Shown piece by piece: positions 19,987 to 29,956 of a DNA stretch of 64,000 nucleotides. The position numbers were made by a program, and so were the translations under genes. The stretch spans positions 29,721-93,720 of the forward strand of contig JAZDMU010000053.1 in NCBI GenBank assembly GCA_043800695.1, in the 5' to 3' direction. The first letter of the stretch is position 1, and the number at the start of each line of letters is the position of its first letter. The stretch is from Bacteroidota bacterium. GTDB taxonomy: Bacteria; Bacteroidota; Bacteroidia; Bacteroidales; VadinHA17. Below the pieces are notes generated by a model. It saw nothing but the letters and a program-made list of their open reading frames with translations, made no database searches and was not told the DNA's origin.

Positions 19987-21697
19987 TCGTGTAGATCCCT
20001 TCCCTTATTAAACCATAAAGAACACCCGCCAGGATAACAATAAGTACCGGTCCGGCGATATTGAGCATCTGCCACAGCACCTTCTCATTTCTGATCCTTG
20101 ACCTGTCAAGAAACCTCATCTTCAGTTCCCTGGACCTGAGTTCCATCAGGCCGTTATCGTCGACAAGGTAGTTGACGCAGTTTATGAGGAAGTCCCTGTT
20201 CCCGAACATCTCGTCTGTATACCTGTCCTGTCCCAGCGACAGGGGTGTAATTGTCGTTCCGGTTCTGCTGATGTCGTTTCTGATAACATCTCCATCCGCT
20301 ACGACTATCATTCTTGTTTCTTTGCTTTCCGTTTTCGGCCTGAAATTCACGTCAGACACAATAGCTCCTGTCATCCGGTTCCTGAATGCTGAAGGGAAGA
20401 CACCTTCAAGAAGGAGCGCAACCGGCAGATATGATCTGCTGAATTCCTGTTCGTTGGGAAGCATCTCAGCCTCCTTCAGCTTTATGAACAATGGAGGAGA
20501 AAGCGTTTTTGCAGATCCGGAAGTGGAAAGAAGCACCGTTTTTATGATCGAGGGATCAAGACCCACAGTGTCAATTGTATTTACGAATTCACCCTTCACC
20601 TTGTTAAGGTTCCTTGTGACCGGGTGATCAGGATTCGGATTAAGCCGCGGATAATAGACCCATGGAGCAGACACGATCTGTTTTTGCTCAGCGCCTGTTG
20701 ACACTGACAACCTTATCACGATGCAATCCATATCCTGCACTAATTCAGGGTTTATCCTCGCGCCATACCTGAAAAGCTGGTCCTCAATATTGAGAGGCTT
20801 GTAGAGTCCGGCTGTTGCCCCATAGACAAGTGAATCGGAGTTTACTGCCACCTCTTCAAGCAGCCACAGCACCTTGCCCCCGTTCATGATATACTGATCC
20901 AGTACCAGCTTGTCGGGTTCCCTGAATTCGTGTACAGGGCCGGCAATGATGACAGCAGCATAACCGTCAAGGATACCGGGTTGCCCACCGATTGAACCGC
21001 GGTCAACGGTAAAATATTTTGCAAGATTCATCGTAATATCTGCAACCTGCATCTCGCTGTATTCACCCTGACCCTCAAGGAAGGCCACTTTATAGATCGT
21101 ATCTGAAGTGAGGGTGGCAATTGTCTGGATCATTTCATATTCAAGTCCTTCCATTGAGTGAAGGATATTCTGTTCGTATGATATCGACTGGTTGTTTTTC
21201 AGGAAATTCACCGGTACCTCAATGCCGTTGTAATTTAAGATCATACCCGGAAAGATCAGTTTCTGCGTCTTACCGCCCTCTTCATCGCCGGCCTGGATGT
21301 TAACGGGATTAAGTCCTTTATTGTACAGGGCAGTGTACTGGTTCTCCCTCTGTTCAGCATCCTTCACGGCTGCCGGGTTAATGAATGCAAAGCTTATCTT
21401 CCTGTCTGATGCGATGCGGAATTCATCGAGCATCTCCTTCACTGACCTTTTAAGGCGTTTCAGCGGCACAGGCATTTCTCCGTCAAGAAAGACTTCTATA
21501 TAAATATCATTTTCAATATTATCAAGGATATTCAGGGTTGGAGGCGACAAAGTGTATCTTTTATCTTCTGTCAGGTCAATCCTCACCCTCAGCATTGAGC
21601 AAATTGCGGCTACAAGTATGATGCCTGCGATCGCCATAATGAATTGCGTCCATCCTTTCATCCTTACACTCCCGCACTCTCCTGAATTCACCATCAT
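19970..21697 (-). CDS. gldG: GldG-like ABC-transporter auxiliary protein (gliding-motility associated)
   Basis: 575 aa with N- and C-terminal TM anchors around a large periplasmic domain. Directly follows the gldF-like permease. Confidence 0.7.
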   Translation of the reverse strand: MMVNSGECGSVRMKGWTQFIMAIAGIILVAAICSMLRVRIDLTEDKRYTLSPPTLNILDNIENDIYIEVFLDGEMPVPLKRLKRSVKEMLDEFRIASDRKISFAFINPAAVKDAEQRENQYTALYNKGLNPVNIQAGDEEGGKTQKLIFPGMILNYNGIEVPVNFLKNNQSISYEQNILHSMEGLEYEMIQTIATLTSDTIYKVAFLEGQGEYSEMQVADITMNLAKYFTVDRGSIGGQPGILDGYAAVIIAGPVHEFREPDKLVLDQYIMNGGKVLWLLEEVAVNSDSLVYGATAGLYKPLNIEDQLFRYGARINPELVQDMDCIVIRLSVSTGAEQKQIVSAPWVYYPRLNPNPDHPVTRNLNKVKGEFVNTIDTVGLDPSIIKTVLLSTSGSAKTLSPPLFIKLKEAEMLPNEQEFSRSYLPVALLLEGVFPSAFRNRMTGAIVSDVNFRPKTESKETRMIVVADGDVIRNDISRTGTTITPLSLGQDRYTDEMFGNRDFLINCVNYLVDDNGLMELRSRELKMRFLDRSRIRNEKVLWQMLNIAGPVLIVILAGVLYGLIREGIYTIVDHE

Positions 21698-22441
21698 TCA
21701 TCCTCCTTTCTTCCATTTACGCGACAGAAGCACAAGCCGGGTAGCTTCATTGAAGATCGCAGCAACAGCCAGAAAATATATAGCATCCCTGAGATCCAGA
21801 ACACCTCTGCTCATAGATTTGTAGTGTTCGTTGATCCCGAGGTTTATTACAAACTCATCTATTTTCTTCAGCCCGGGGAGGTAAGCGAAGGAATCAAAAC
21901 CCATCAGGAGAAAAAAGCAGATAAGCACTCCGATGATAAAAGCAACCACCTGGTTATCAGTAAGTGATGAAGCAAAAATCCCGGCAGAGGCATAGACTGC
22001 AGCAAGGAAAAAGAGCCCGGTAAATGCTCCCCAGGTTCCTCCTTTGTCAAGGTTGCCGGGTGTCTCACCGAGAATGGATACCGAAATATAAAAGACAAGA
22101 CATGGCATCAGCGACAGAAGGACAAGCGCCACAGCAGCGAGATATTTGCCCCAGATGATGCTGCGTTCCGTAACCGGCCTGATATAAAGAAGTTCAATGG
22201 TACCCAGCCTTTTCTCCTCTGCTATCATCCGCATTGTGACTGCAGGCACGAGGAAAAGGAACACCCAGGGTGAAAGGAAAAAGAGTGTATCGAGCCCCGC
22301 ATAACCGCTTTCAAGAATGTTCCACTCACCCGGGAAGACCCACATGAAGAGACTGTTGACAATGAGAAAGACGATGATTACAATATATCCGGTAAGGCTG
22401 CTGAAGAAACCGCTTATCTCTTTCCTGAAGATCGCAAACAT
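21698..22441 (-). CDS. gldF: GldF-like ABC-2 type permease
   Basis: 247 aa, six hydrophobic segments, MFAIFRKEISGFFSSLTGYIVIIVFL. No gldA ATPase is adjacent. Confidence 0.7.
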   Translation of the reverse strand: MFAIFRKEISGFFSSLTGYIVIIVFLIVNSLFMWVFPGEWNILESGYAGLDTLFFLSPWVFLFLVPAVTMRMIAEEKRLGTIELLYIRPVTERSIIWGKYLAAVALVLLSLMPCLVFYISVSILGETPGNLDKGGTWGAFTGLFFLAAVYASAGIFASSLTDNQVVAFIIGVLICFFLLMGFDSFAYLPGLKKIDEFVINLGINEHYKSMSRGVLDLRDAIYFLAVAAIFNEATRLVLLSRKWKKGG

Positions 22442-22481
22442 AATAAAGGTTAATTGGTAAAAATAAGGAAATAAATCTTAA

Positions 22482-23621
22482 TCATTTGTCCTTTGCTTTA
22501 GCCTCACTTATATCAGCCAGAACAACCCCTGTAAAGTAGAAACTTATGATCTGCCTGTAATCAAATCCTTTCTCTGCCATGCTCATTGCTCCTTCCTGGC
22601 AAAGGCCGACACCATGTCCGTAGCCTCTTCCGTTGAAGACAACCGAGTCGCCTGATGCCATTAATGTGAAAAATGCAGACCTCAGGTTAAGGTCGGTCCT
22701 GACCTGACTGAGAGGTATTGAGAAAGCTCCGGATTTTATTTCAGCACTCCTTGTCTTCTGTGAAAAATTTAACAATGACGGATTGTTTTTGTCGCCTTTG
22801 TATCCCATCTTTTCAAGATATCCGGTCCAGGCTTCCCTGCTCATGGTGGTCTGCCACCTAGCATTGCGCGATGATGTGCAGAAAGGATCTGTAACTTTTT
22901 TTAGGTATGGCTCATTTGTAACCCAGACAGTTTCTGAAGGAGCGGTCTCGCCGCCGCAGTTTGAGTGAAATGCAGCTATGATGAGAGTGCTGTCAGGTCC
23001 AAGGATCACCTCACCACTGGTTTCAAGTGCCACAAGGTTAATCAAAGTATCACCGGAGATACCATTAAATGCCTGACAGTGAGTGATGTCGCACAGATTA
23101 AAGCGGTCGGTGGTATGCTTGTCAAAGTACCTGTACATATATGTGCGGGCTATAACTGCCTGCGTTTTGAAATATTCGATGTTCTTCCCCTGACCTCCTT
23201 CAGACCTGACAACTCCTGCAATATATGTTTCAATATCACAGATATTTATAAGCAACAATGATCCAAGATCGGGGTAACAGTGAAGATCACCTGAATAGAA
23301 CCGGCGTATTCCTTTTACGCGGAGCGAGAAAGACCTATTTCCGCTCTTTCCTGAAAAAAACAGGGAATCACATATCATACCTTCCCTGTTCCGGGTTTTA
23401 AGATAAATCCGGTTTCCGTACCGGGAAATAATTACAATTTCTCCAGGTGCAATCTCAAAAGAATTATTCGAAAAAGTATTGACCACATACCGGCCTGAGT
23501 CTGCCGCAAATATGGCAAGATCAGCATCAGCATCTGAAAACAGTCCGATCCTTACCTGTTCCGAACAGAATGCAGGCAGGGAAGCAATCAGAAATCCGAT
23601 AATAAGTAACCTTCTTAACAT
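22482..23621 (-). CDS. SpoIID/LytB domain-containing protein
   Basis: Signal peptide plus AVIARTYMY..FHSNCGGETA..GHGVGLCQEGA motifs. Confidence 0.85.
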   Translation of the reverse strand: MLRRLLIIGFLIASLPAFCSEQVRIGLFSDADADLAIFAADSGRYVVNTFSNNSFEIAPGEIVIISRYGNRIYLKTRNREGMICDSLFFSGKSGNRSFSLRVKGIRRFYSGDLHCYPDLGSLLLINICDIETYIAGVVRSEGGQGKNIEYFKTQAVIARTYMYRYFDKHTTDRFNLCDITHCQAFNGISGDTLINLVALETSGEVILGPDSTLIIAAFHSNCGGETAPSETVWVTNEPYLKKVTDPFCTSSRNARWQTTMSREAWTGYLEKMGYKGDKNNPSLLNFSQKTRSAEIKSGAFSIPLSQVRTDLNLRSAFFTLMASGDSVVFNGRGYGHGVGLCQEGAMSMAEKGFDYRQIISFYFTGVVLADISEAKAKDK

Positions 23622-23639
23622 TATTGGTTTTTATTACCC

Positions 23640-23718
23640 GCGTACCGTCATACCGCTGCGCCCTTATGCCGTTGTGCCGTTGAGCCGTTTTGCCGTTGTG
23701 CCGTTGTGCCGTTGAGCC
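23640..23718. repeat. Octamer tandem array GCCGTTNN (~8 units, family C)
   Basis: tgccgttgtgccgttgagccgttttgccgttgtgccgttgtgccgttgagcc. It overlaps the last ~20 codons of the lpxB ORF. The reverse-complement type AACGGCG array is at 62348-62388. Confidence 0.9.
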
Positions 23719-24826
23719 ATTCAACCATATCCTTTGCTATTCTTCCCGAGGCACCCGCCGGCCCCAGCTTTATTCCAACCTGTTTATAGTTTTCGAGGAC
23801 CTTTCCCCTTGATTCGCCCCCCGGAAGGATCGATCTCAGTTCCTTCAGCAGGTTCCTCTTATTCAACGAATAACCCTTAAGCTCCCTGACCACCTCTGAT
23901 CCCATGATCAGATTTACAAGGGAAATGTATTTCACCCTGACGACCAGCCATGCAATGAGCGTTGAAAAGAAGTCGCCTTTATAGCAAACCACCTGCGGGA
24001 CGCTGAACAGTGCAGCCTCAAGAGTGGCGGTTCCTGATTTTACCAGGGCAGCCTCTGAAATTTTCAGCACCTCATAAGTTTTTTCCTTCAGCAGTTTCAC
24101 CGGTTCATTCCCGATTATTTTCATATAGAGCTCGTCAGGCAGGTTTCTGACCCCGGCCAGGATGAACTGGTATCCGGGAAAGTGTCTGACGATCTTCATC
24201 ATCTGCGGAAGTATGTATTCGACCTCATGCCGCCGGCTTCCTGCAAGAAGCCCGATCACAGGCTTCTCTTCAGGGCTGAGGGTCCTCATCAAATCCTGCT
24301 TTCCAGGCAGGCCGGCAATTCTCTTTTCTGTCTCATCAACCAGCGGATTGCCACGGTATTCAACATGGATCCCGTGCTTTTCGTAAAACTGAACTTCAAA
24401 TGGAAATATAATGTACATGCGGTCGACGTACTTTTTAATCTGTCCGACCCTGCTTTCATGCCATGCCCACAGCTTGGGAGATATGTAATAAAACACCCTG
24501 ATGCCTGCGATTCCGGCAAATCGGGCAATGCGCAGATTAAACCCAGGGTAATCAATAAGGATGACAACATCAGGCTTGAAACAGGTAATATGCTGTTTGC
24601 AGAGGGAGAGGTTCCTGTATATCGTCTTAAGGTTTTTCAGTATAACCGTAAAGCCCATGAAAGCTGTTTCCCGGTAATGCATCAGGAGCGTGGCTCCGGC
24701 TGCTACCATCAGATCTCCACCCCAGCAGTGGATTTCGGCTTCCGTGTCAGCCTCCTTCAGCTCCTTTACCAGATTTGATCCGTGAAGGTCGCCTGACTGT
24801 TCTCCTGCTATTATGAAATATCTCAT
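23648..24826 (-). CDS. lpxB: Lipid-A-disaccharide synthase
   Basis: MRYFIIAGEQSGDLHGSNLVKEL and GT19 length. The C-terminal tail NGTTAQRQNGSTAQRHKGAAV is encoded by the octamer array and may not be native. Confidence 0.9.
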   Translation of the reverse strand: MRYFIIAGEQSGDLHGSNLVKELKEADTEAEIHCWGGDLMVAAGATLLMHYRETAFMGFTVILKNLKTIYRNLSLCKQHITCFKPDVVILIDYPGFNLRIARFAGIAGIRVFYYISPKLWAWHESRVGQIKKYVDRMYIIFPFEVQFYEKHGIHVEYRGNPLVDETEKRIAGLPGKQDLMRTLSPEEKPVIGLLAGSRRHEVEYILPQMMKIVRHFPGYQFILAGVRNLPDELYMKIIGNEPVKLLKEKTYEVLKISEAALVKSGTATLEAALFSVPQVVCYKGDFFSTLIAWLVVRVKYISLVNLIMGSEVVRELKGYSLNKRNLLKELRSILPGGESRGKVLENYKQVGIKLGPAGASGRIAKDMVEWLNGTTAQRQNGSTAQRHKGAAV

Positions 24827-25122
24827 GGCCAGACCCTTACGATTAAAACCAGGATTGCCCAGACAATCGTTGCCGCCAGTACTCCGCGCGATGCACGAAG
24901 CATATCAAAATGATTGAACAGAAAAAAAACAAGCACATTCGGAAATACACAGAGAGATATAATGTGAGTGGCTATGCCTGCAATCTTTATCCGGGTTATC
25001 CATAAGCCAATGTCCGGATTCTCCTCAGAAAAAAGGAAAACAAAAAATGAAATAACCAGAGGCAGAAGGGAACCTGAAATTATTCCTGTTACAAGCCTGT
25101 CATATTTTTCCGCAGACGTCAT
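24823..25122 (-). CDS. Small integral membrane protein
   Basis: 99 aa, three hydrophobic helices, overlaps the lpxB start by 4 nt. Confidence 0.55.
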   Translation of the reverse strand: MTSAEKYDRLVTGIISGSLLPLVISFFVFLFSEENPDIGLWITRIKIAGIATHIISLCVFPNVLVFFLFNHFDMLRASRGVLAATIVWAILVLIVRVWP

Positions 25123-25123
25123 T

Positions 25124-25900
25124 TCAGAATTTCTCTCTTAATTTACCGACATACGAGTGAGCTGTCATATCGACTGACACCGGGACTATAGAGACGTAAT
25201 TGTTGGCAAGTGCCCATTCGTCAGTGTCGTCAGCATCAGGTTCATGATTTATAAAGATTCCGGTAAGCCAGTAATATGTCTTGCCCATTGGATCCTTTCG
25301 TTTTTCAAATTCTTCCTTCCAGTTCCCCTTTGACTGCCTGCAAACCCTTATTCCTCTGATATCTTTTTTGTCGGCTGCAGGGATATTTACGTTAAGACAT
25401 ATACCCTCGGGAAGCGGTTCCTGTGCTATCTTCTCCATGATATACCGGATATATGTTCGGCAAGCTGAAAAATCGGCTGCCGATGAGAAATTGTTCAGTG
25501 AGAACCCGACAGATGTGATGCCATAAAGACACCCCTCAAGAGCGGCGGCCATCGTCCCCGAATACAGAACACTGACGGATGAGTTGGCCCCATGGTTTAT
25601 TCCTGAAACAACCCAGTCAGGTTTTCGCTCCAGCAACTGATTTACAGCAAGTTTTATACTGTCAGTGGGAGTTCCGTTGCATGCATAGATCCTGTGCTTG
25701 TCGTTTTCGTCAAGCAATTTCACCCTGAGCGGAGTTTTTACAGTCAGTGCCTGTGACATTCCCGACTGGCTGTCCATGGTCGATATCATTACAACTTTCC
25801 CGAACTCCTCCATCACTCCCTGAAGTGTTTTCAGCCCTGCGGCATATAATCCGTCGTCGTTTGTAAGCAGGATCAGCCGGTCGCTTTTTTCAATAAGCAT
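25124..25900 (-). CDS. surE: 5'/3'-nucleotidase SurE
   Basis: ILLTNDDGLYAAGL and GINHGANSS motifs. Confidence 0.9.
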   Translation of the reverse strand: MLIEKSDRLILLTNDDGLYAAGLKTLQGVMEEFGKVVMISTMDSQSGMSQALTVKTPLRVKLLDENDKHRIYACNGTPTDSIKLAVNQLLERKPDWVVSGINHGANSSVSVLYSGTMAAALEGCLYGITSVGFSLNNFSSAADFSACRTYIRYIMEKIAQEPLPEGICLNVNIPAADKKDIRGIRVCRQSKGNWKEEFEKRKDPMGKTYYWLTGIFINHEPDADDTDEWALANNYVSIVPVSVDMTAHSYVGKLREKF

Positions 25901-26040
25901 AAATGTTAAATTTGATTCACAAATATAGGTAAATTCGCCGTCAATTATGGAACCGCTCCGTGGTTAGAAAGTTTAGAACCCGGAGGGGTTCCATAATTAA
26001 ACCAATTTCTTATTTTTGCCTTCTGTTACTATTTGAAGAT

Positions 26041-28494
26041 ATGAAGATCTCATACAACTGGATTAAAGATTACATTGACATTGACATTGATCCGCATAAA
26101 CTCTCCGTAATACTCACCGGGTTGGGCCTCGAGGTTGAAGCCATGGAGGAGTGGGAATCAGTGAAGGGCGGAATGAAAGGAGTTGTCATCGGTGAAGTGC
26201 TCTCCTGCGCAAAACACCCTGATGCCGATAAACTTACCGTAACAACCGTCAATATCGGATCTGCCGGGCCTCTGCATATAGTTTGCGGAGCGCCAAATGT
26301 AGCTGCCGGACAAAAGGTACCTGTTGCCACAGCCGGAACAATTGTTTTCAAGGGTGATGAGAGTTTCGAAATAAAGAAATCAAAGATCAGGGGACAACTA
26401 TCGGAAGGGATGATCTGTGCTGAGGATGAACTTGGCCTGGGCTCTCTGCATGAAGGCATAATGGTTCTCGATAAGGATGCTGTCCCGGGAACGGCTGCAT
26501 CAGAATATTTCAAAATAAAGAAAGATGTCATCTATCAGATCGGGCTGACACCGAACAGGATAGACAGCGGCTCTCATTTCGGTGTTGCAAAGGACCTGGC
26601 CGCATACCTGAACATAAATGAAGGGAAAAGCTTAAGGGCAAAACGTCCTCCGGTTGATGCTTTCAGGCCGGATAACAATGAAAATACATGCGAGGTTATA
26701 GTTGAAAATGCAAGGGATTGCCCCAGGTATACCGGGGTGACTATAAGCGGGATCACAATCAGCGAATCGCCGGTATGGCTTAAGGAGAAGCTGAAGGCAA
26801 TCGGACTCAACCCGATAAACAACGTGGTCGACATCACCAATTTCGTCCAGCATGAGATCGGCCAGCCGCTGCACGCTTTCGATGCCGATAAGATCGATGG
26901 AAGAAAAGTGATAATAAAAAATCTTCCTGATAAATCGAAATTCATTACGCTCGATGAAACCGAAAGAAGCCTTTCATCAAAAGACCTGATGATATGCAAT
27001 GAAAAGGAAGGCATGTGCATCGCCGGAGTTTTCGGAGGTATCAGGTCGGGGATCAGCGCATCAACCAGGAACATTTTTCTTGAAAGCGCTTATTTCAATC
27101 CTGTAGCCATAAGGAAAACTGCCCGCCGCCACGGTCTGAACACAGATGCTTCGTTCAGGTTCGAGCGCGGAGCTGATCCCGAAATAACCGAATGGGCACT
27201 TAAACGGGCAAGCCTGCTAATCAAAGAGATCGCAGGCGGAAATATCTCATCTGATATAAAAGATGTTTATCCCGAAAAGATCAAACGTGCAATAATCGGG
27301 TTCAGCTTTAAGAGCTGTGACAGGCTGACCGGCAAAAAGATCGATCATGATGTTATCAGGAAGATCCTCGGACTGCTTGATATTAAAATTCTTAAAGAAA
27401 AGGAAGACATACTGACCCTTGAAATTCCGGCATGCAGGGTGGATGTTCACCGTGAAGCCGATGTGATAGAGGAGATACTGAGAATATATGGTTATAATAA
27501 TGTAGAAACCGGAGAACACGTCAACTCAACTCTTACTTACCAGGAAAAACCTGACACGGAAAAAGTTGTGAATATCATTTCTGATATGCTGTCCGCCAAC
27601 GGTTTTGCTGAAATAATGTGCAATTCACTCAACCCTGCAGCTTTCTATGAGAGTAACGATTTTAACAGGAACGAGCTCGTTATTCTTGCTAATCCCCTAA
27701 GCTCCGATCTGAATGCTATGAGGCAGTCGCTTCTCTATGGCGGTCTCAGCTCGGTAAGTCGTAATATAAACCGGCAGAATCCTGATATCCGGTTCTATGA
27801 ATTCGGGTACTGCTACTTCCTCAGGAGATCGGATAAATCATATCCCGGTGTAGACAAATACACCGAGACAAGGTCGCTTGATCTGTTCATTTCGGGAAAT
27901 ACGGGCCCGCAGCGATGGAACTACAAAACAGATCCCACAGGATTCTTTCATATAAAGGGATATGTGGAAATGATACTAACCAGGCTGGGTATTGATCCGG
28001 GATCTCTTTCGTCAGGCGAGAGCAGTAAAAAGTACTTCTCTGAATCGATAACATGGTCAGTAAACAATGAAACGGTAGCTGAAACAGGCAGGATATCAAA
28101 ACAATACCTTGATAAGTTTGACATCGGACAGGATGTATATTATGCTCATATTGAATGGGATATGGTAATGAAGCTTATCAGGGACCATAAAGTATCTTAC
28201 AAGGAACTGCCGAAATATCCATGGGTCCGCAGAGATCTTGCCCTGCTTGTTGACAAAGGTGTAAAATTCGGACAAATAAGGGATATTGCCTTCAGAACCG
28301 AAAAGCACTTACTTCAGGAGGTTGATTTGTTTGATGTATATGAAAGCGATTCTCTCGGCGCAAATAAGAAATCGTATGCGGTAAGCTTCAGGCTCAGGGA
28401 CGATCTGAGAACACTTACCGACAAGACCATAGACAAAACAATCAACAGTCTTGTTGAAGCTTTCGAGAAAGAGGCCGGAGCAAGAATAAGATGA
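26041..28494 (+). CDS. pheT: Phenylalanine--tRNA ligase beta subunit
   Basis: Start moved to MKISYNWIKDYI. tRNA-binding OB domain (AKHPDADKLTVTTV), B3/4, B5 and FDX-ACB domains. Confidence 0.95.
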   Translation: MKISYNWIKDYIDIDIDPHKLSVILTGLGLEVEAMEEWESVKGGMKGVVIGEVLSCAKHPDADKLTVTTVNIGSAGPLHIVCGAPNVAAGQKVPVATAGTIVFKGDESFEIKKSKIRGQLSEGMICAEDELGLGSLHEGIMVLDKDAVPGTAASEYFKIKKDVIYQIGLTPNRIDSGSHFGVAKDLAAYLNINEGKSLRAKRPPVDAFRPDNNENTCEVIVENARDCPRYTGVTISGITISESPVWLKEKLKAIGLNPINNVVDITNFVQHEIGQPLHAFDADKIDGRKVIIKNLPDKSKFITLDETERSLSSKDLMICNEKEGMCIAGVFGGIRSGISASTRNIFLESAYFNPVAIRKTARRHGLNTDASFRFERGADPEITEWALKRASLLIKEIAGGNISSDIKDVYPEKIKRAIIGFSFKSCDRLTGKKIDHDVIRKILGLLDIKILKEKEDILTLEIPACRVDVHREADVIEEILRIYGYNNVETGEHVNSTLTYQEKPDTEKVVNIISDMLSANGFAEIMCNSLNPAAFYESNDFNRNELVILANPLSSDLNAMRQSLLYGGLSSVSRNINRQNPDIRFYEFGYCYFLRRSDKSYPGVDKYTETRSLDLFISGNTGPQRWNYKTDPTGFFHIKGYVEMILTRLGIDPGSLSSGESSKKYFSESITWSVNNETVAETGRISKQYLDKFDIGQDVYYAHIEWDMVMKLIRDHKVSYKELPKYPWVRRDLALLVDKGVKFGQIRDIAFRTEKHLLQEVDLFDVYESDSLGANKKSYAVSFRLRDDLRTLTDKTIDKTINSLVEAFEKEAGARIR

Positions 28495-29009
28495 TGAAGA
28501 AGCATAAAAGGGTAGAGATTGTAAAGGGCGACATAACCGGACTTGATGTTGACGCAATTGTAAATGCAGCCAATAATTCATTGCTGGGAGGCGGAGGTGT
28601 GGATGGTGCCATTCACAGAGCCGCAGGTCCCGATTTGTATAAAGAGTGTGAAGAGCTGAAAGGATGCGAAACAGGAAAAGCCAAGATCACGCAGGGCTAT
28701 AAGCTAAGGGCAAAGCACGTGATCCATACTGTGGGTCCAATATGGCACGGAGGGTACCGTAATGAACATGAGACACTCGCCTCCTGCTACCAGTCAAGCC
28801 TTGATCTTGCAAAGAAACACAAGTTGAAAACGGTAGCTTTCCCCGGCATCTCAACTGGAGTATACGGATTCCCCAAGGACCTGGCCGCACTGATCGCAGT
28901 AAACGAATCAAAGAGGTTCCTGATGAAGAATTCCTTGCCTGAGAAGGTGATTTTCGTGGCTTTTGATGAGGAGAGCTATGAAATATACAACAAGCTGATT
29001 GATCAATGA
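28491..29009 (+). CDS. Macro-domain protein (O-acetyl-ADP-ribose deacetylase, YmdB-like)
   Basis: GDITGLDVDAIVNAANNSLLGGGGVDGAIHRAAG. ATGA overlap with pheT. Confidence 0.9.
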   Translation: MMKKHKRVEIVKGDITGLDVDAIVNAANNSLLGGGGVDGAIHRAAGPDLYKECEELKGCETGKAKITQGYKLRAKHVIHTVGPIWHGGYRNEHETLASCYQSSLDLAKKHKLKTVAFPGISTGVYGFPKDLAALIAVNESKRFLMKNSLPEKVIFVAFDEESYEIYNKLIDQ

Positions 29010-29878
29010 GCTCCTTCTCTGATTCAGTAAAAAAATACCTTTCTCTTGTCAAATTCAGCCACACTGTCTTTGCGATGCCCTTTGCACTTATTGGCTTTTC
29101 CCTGGCTGTTGCTGAAAGTGAACATCAGTTCAGCCTCAGGCTGCTTCTGCTGATAATCCTCTGTATGATATTCGCCCGTAATGCTGCAATGGGTTTTAAC
29201 AGGATCGCCGATTACAGGTACGATGCTCTGAATCCCAGAACCAGATCGAGGGAAATTCCTTCAGGTTCCATCAGCTTAAGGTCGGCAGCAATCTTTGTCG
29301 GTATCAATTCGATCCTTTTTATTGTCACAACAGCATTCATTAATAAGCTTACGCTTTCCCTTTCACCTGTTGCGTTGCTGATCATCCTTGGCTACAGTCT
29401 GACCAAAAAAATTACCTCTTTATGTCACTTCATTCTTGGCCTTGGGCTAAGCCTTGCACCTATCGGAGCATACATCTCCGTGACAGGATCATTTGCCCTC
29501 CTTCCTTTACTCTATTCGCTAATTGTTCTCACCTGGGTCAGCGGATTCGATATTATCTACGCCTTGCAGGATGATGAGTTCGACAGGGATAACAGGCTCC
29601 ATTCACTCCCTTCTGCCGCAGGACGGAAGAAAGCACTGATCATTTCCATAACAGTGCACACACTTACTTTCCTCCTGTTGATAACTGCCGGATATAAAGG
29701 CAGCGGAGGTCTTTTATGGTGGACAGGCGCTGCCATTTTCACTCTTCTGCTGATATACCAGCATCTGATTGTAAAGCATGACGATCTGAGCAGGGTTACG
29801 CTTGCTTTCGGAACAACCAACGGAATAGCCAGCATACTTTTTGCATTATTTGTGATCCTGGACCTTTTTTTGCGCTGA
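29006..29878 (+). CDS. UbiA-family prenyltransferase
   Basis: Polytopic. NRIADYRYD (NxxxDxxxD) and YALQDDEFD motifs. Confidence 0.8.
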   Translation: MSSFSDSVKKYLSLVKFSHTVFAMPFALIGFSLAVAESEHQFSLRLLLLIILCMIFARNAAMGFNRIADYRYDALNPRTRSREIPSGSISLRSAAIFVGINSILFIVTTAFINKLTLSLSPVALLIILGYSLTKKITSLCHFILGLGLSLAPIGAYISVTGSFALLPLLYSLIVLTWVSGFDIIYALQDDEFDRDNRLHSLPSAAGRKKALIISITVHTLTFLLLITAGYKGSGGLLWWTGAAIFTLLLIYQHLIVKHDDLSRVTLAFGTTNGIASILFALFVILDLFLR

Positions 29879-29956
29879 CGCTGAAAGCAAATATTAATCA
29901 CAAACTTGTTTTCTAAATTATTTTTTTTGTTATTTGGGGTAATGAAATAACCTCCT

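Noticed and set aside
23527-23724. The ORFs 23479-23715 (+) and 23527-23724 (-) contain AVVPLSRFAVVPLCR and TAQRHNGKTAQRHNG.
   Set aside because: They translate the GCCGTTNN octamer array and overlap the SpoIID and lpxB ends.
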